Assembly: GCF_004010195.1 (NCBI RefSeq)
Contig: NC_057719.1
Span: 9,525,112 to 9,589,111 of the forward strand
Length of the DNA: 64,000 nt
Origin: Chiloscyllium plagiosum
Taxonomy: Eukaryota
Direction: 5' to 3'
Made by a program: the position numbers and the translations under genes. Below the pieces are notes generated by a model. It made no database searches. It worked only from the letters and a program-made list of their open reading frames with translations, and was not told where the DNA came from. How positions within the stretch are numbered: position 1 is the stretch's first letter; the number at the start of each line of letters is the position of its first letter. Shown here piece after piece: positions 63,405 to 64,000 of this stretch.

Positions 63405-63637
63405 TAATTAGGTAAAAACAAGGACTGCAGATGCTGAAAACCAGATTCTAGATTAGAGTAGTGCTGGAAAAGCACAGCAGGTCAGGCAGCATCCGAGTAG
63501 CAGGGAAATCGACGTTTCGGGCAAAAGCCCTTCATCAGGAATGATACAGGGCTTTTGCCTGAAACGTCGATTTCCCTGCTCCATGGATGCTGCCTGAACT
63601 GCTGTGCTTTTCCAGCACCACTCTAATCTAGAATCTG
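63405..63637. mobile_element. Palindromic Penelope-derived element (arms 63442-63637) with intact minus-strand hammerhead core, inside an old CR1
   Basis: cagattctagattagagt...actctaatctagaatctg, a ~196-bp near-perfect palindrome. Minus strand 63540-63509: tc-CTGATGA-a-gggc-tttt-gccc-GAAAC-GTC-ga. Confidence 0.9.
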
Positions 63638-64000
63638 TATTCTTTTTTCCAAAGTACAAGACCTCGCATTTGCTCACATTGAATTTCATCAGCCATTTCC
63701 TGGACCACTCTCCTAAACTCTCCCAGAGGACAATTAAGAGTCAATCACATTGCAAATGTGGTCAGGAATCTCATTAGGCCAGACCAGGTAAGGATGGCAG
63801 ATTCCTTCCTTAAGTGGTCATCATTAGACTCTTAATTCCAGGTATTTATTGAGTCTAAATTCCACCCTCTGCCATGATGGGATTCAAACCCAGGTCCCCA
63901 GAACATTATCTGGGACTCTGGGTTAACAATTCAGCAATAATACTATTAGGGCCATCGGTACAAAGTTAGGTTAACAGGCAGGTAGTTCTGAGGAGGTGGT

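Overview
Vertebrate genomic DNA, almost certainly from an elasmobranch (shark): it is dense with HE1-type V-SINEs, CR1/HER1-type LINEs, Deu-domain SINEs, L2, Rex1/Babar and Penelope-like elements. None of the ORFs in the supplied track is a cellular gene; those with recognisable homology are retroelement fragments. The window appears to be mostly intron of a minus-strand alpha-neurexin gene. Two exons missed by the ORF track can be read by hand: the 120-nt third EGF-like-domain exon (41008-41127, [41 protein letters not shown]) and a 27-nt in-frame microexon at the splice-site-6 (SS6) position (62539-62565, VELIKANMQ). Both are NRXN3-like but unusually divergent, so this may be a separate neurexin paralogue. 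The main non-coding signal is that at least six distinct Penelope-type terminal-repeat families carry a minimal hammerhead-ribozyme core (CUGANGA-stem II-GAAA-palindromic stem III-UH) with family-specific compensating stems. Many of these occur as short palindromic insertions with target-site duplications (TSDs), and two of them bracket the microexon. Also present: a solo LTR with TSD, a perfect 44-bp inverted repeat in unique sequence, a ~600-bp tandem duplication, a G-rich minisatellite and two assembly gaps. Repeat boundaries are approximate unless a TSD is quoted. Reference protein sequences and repeat family names are recalled from memory, not searched.
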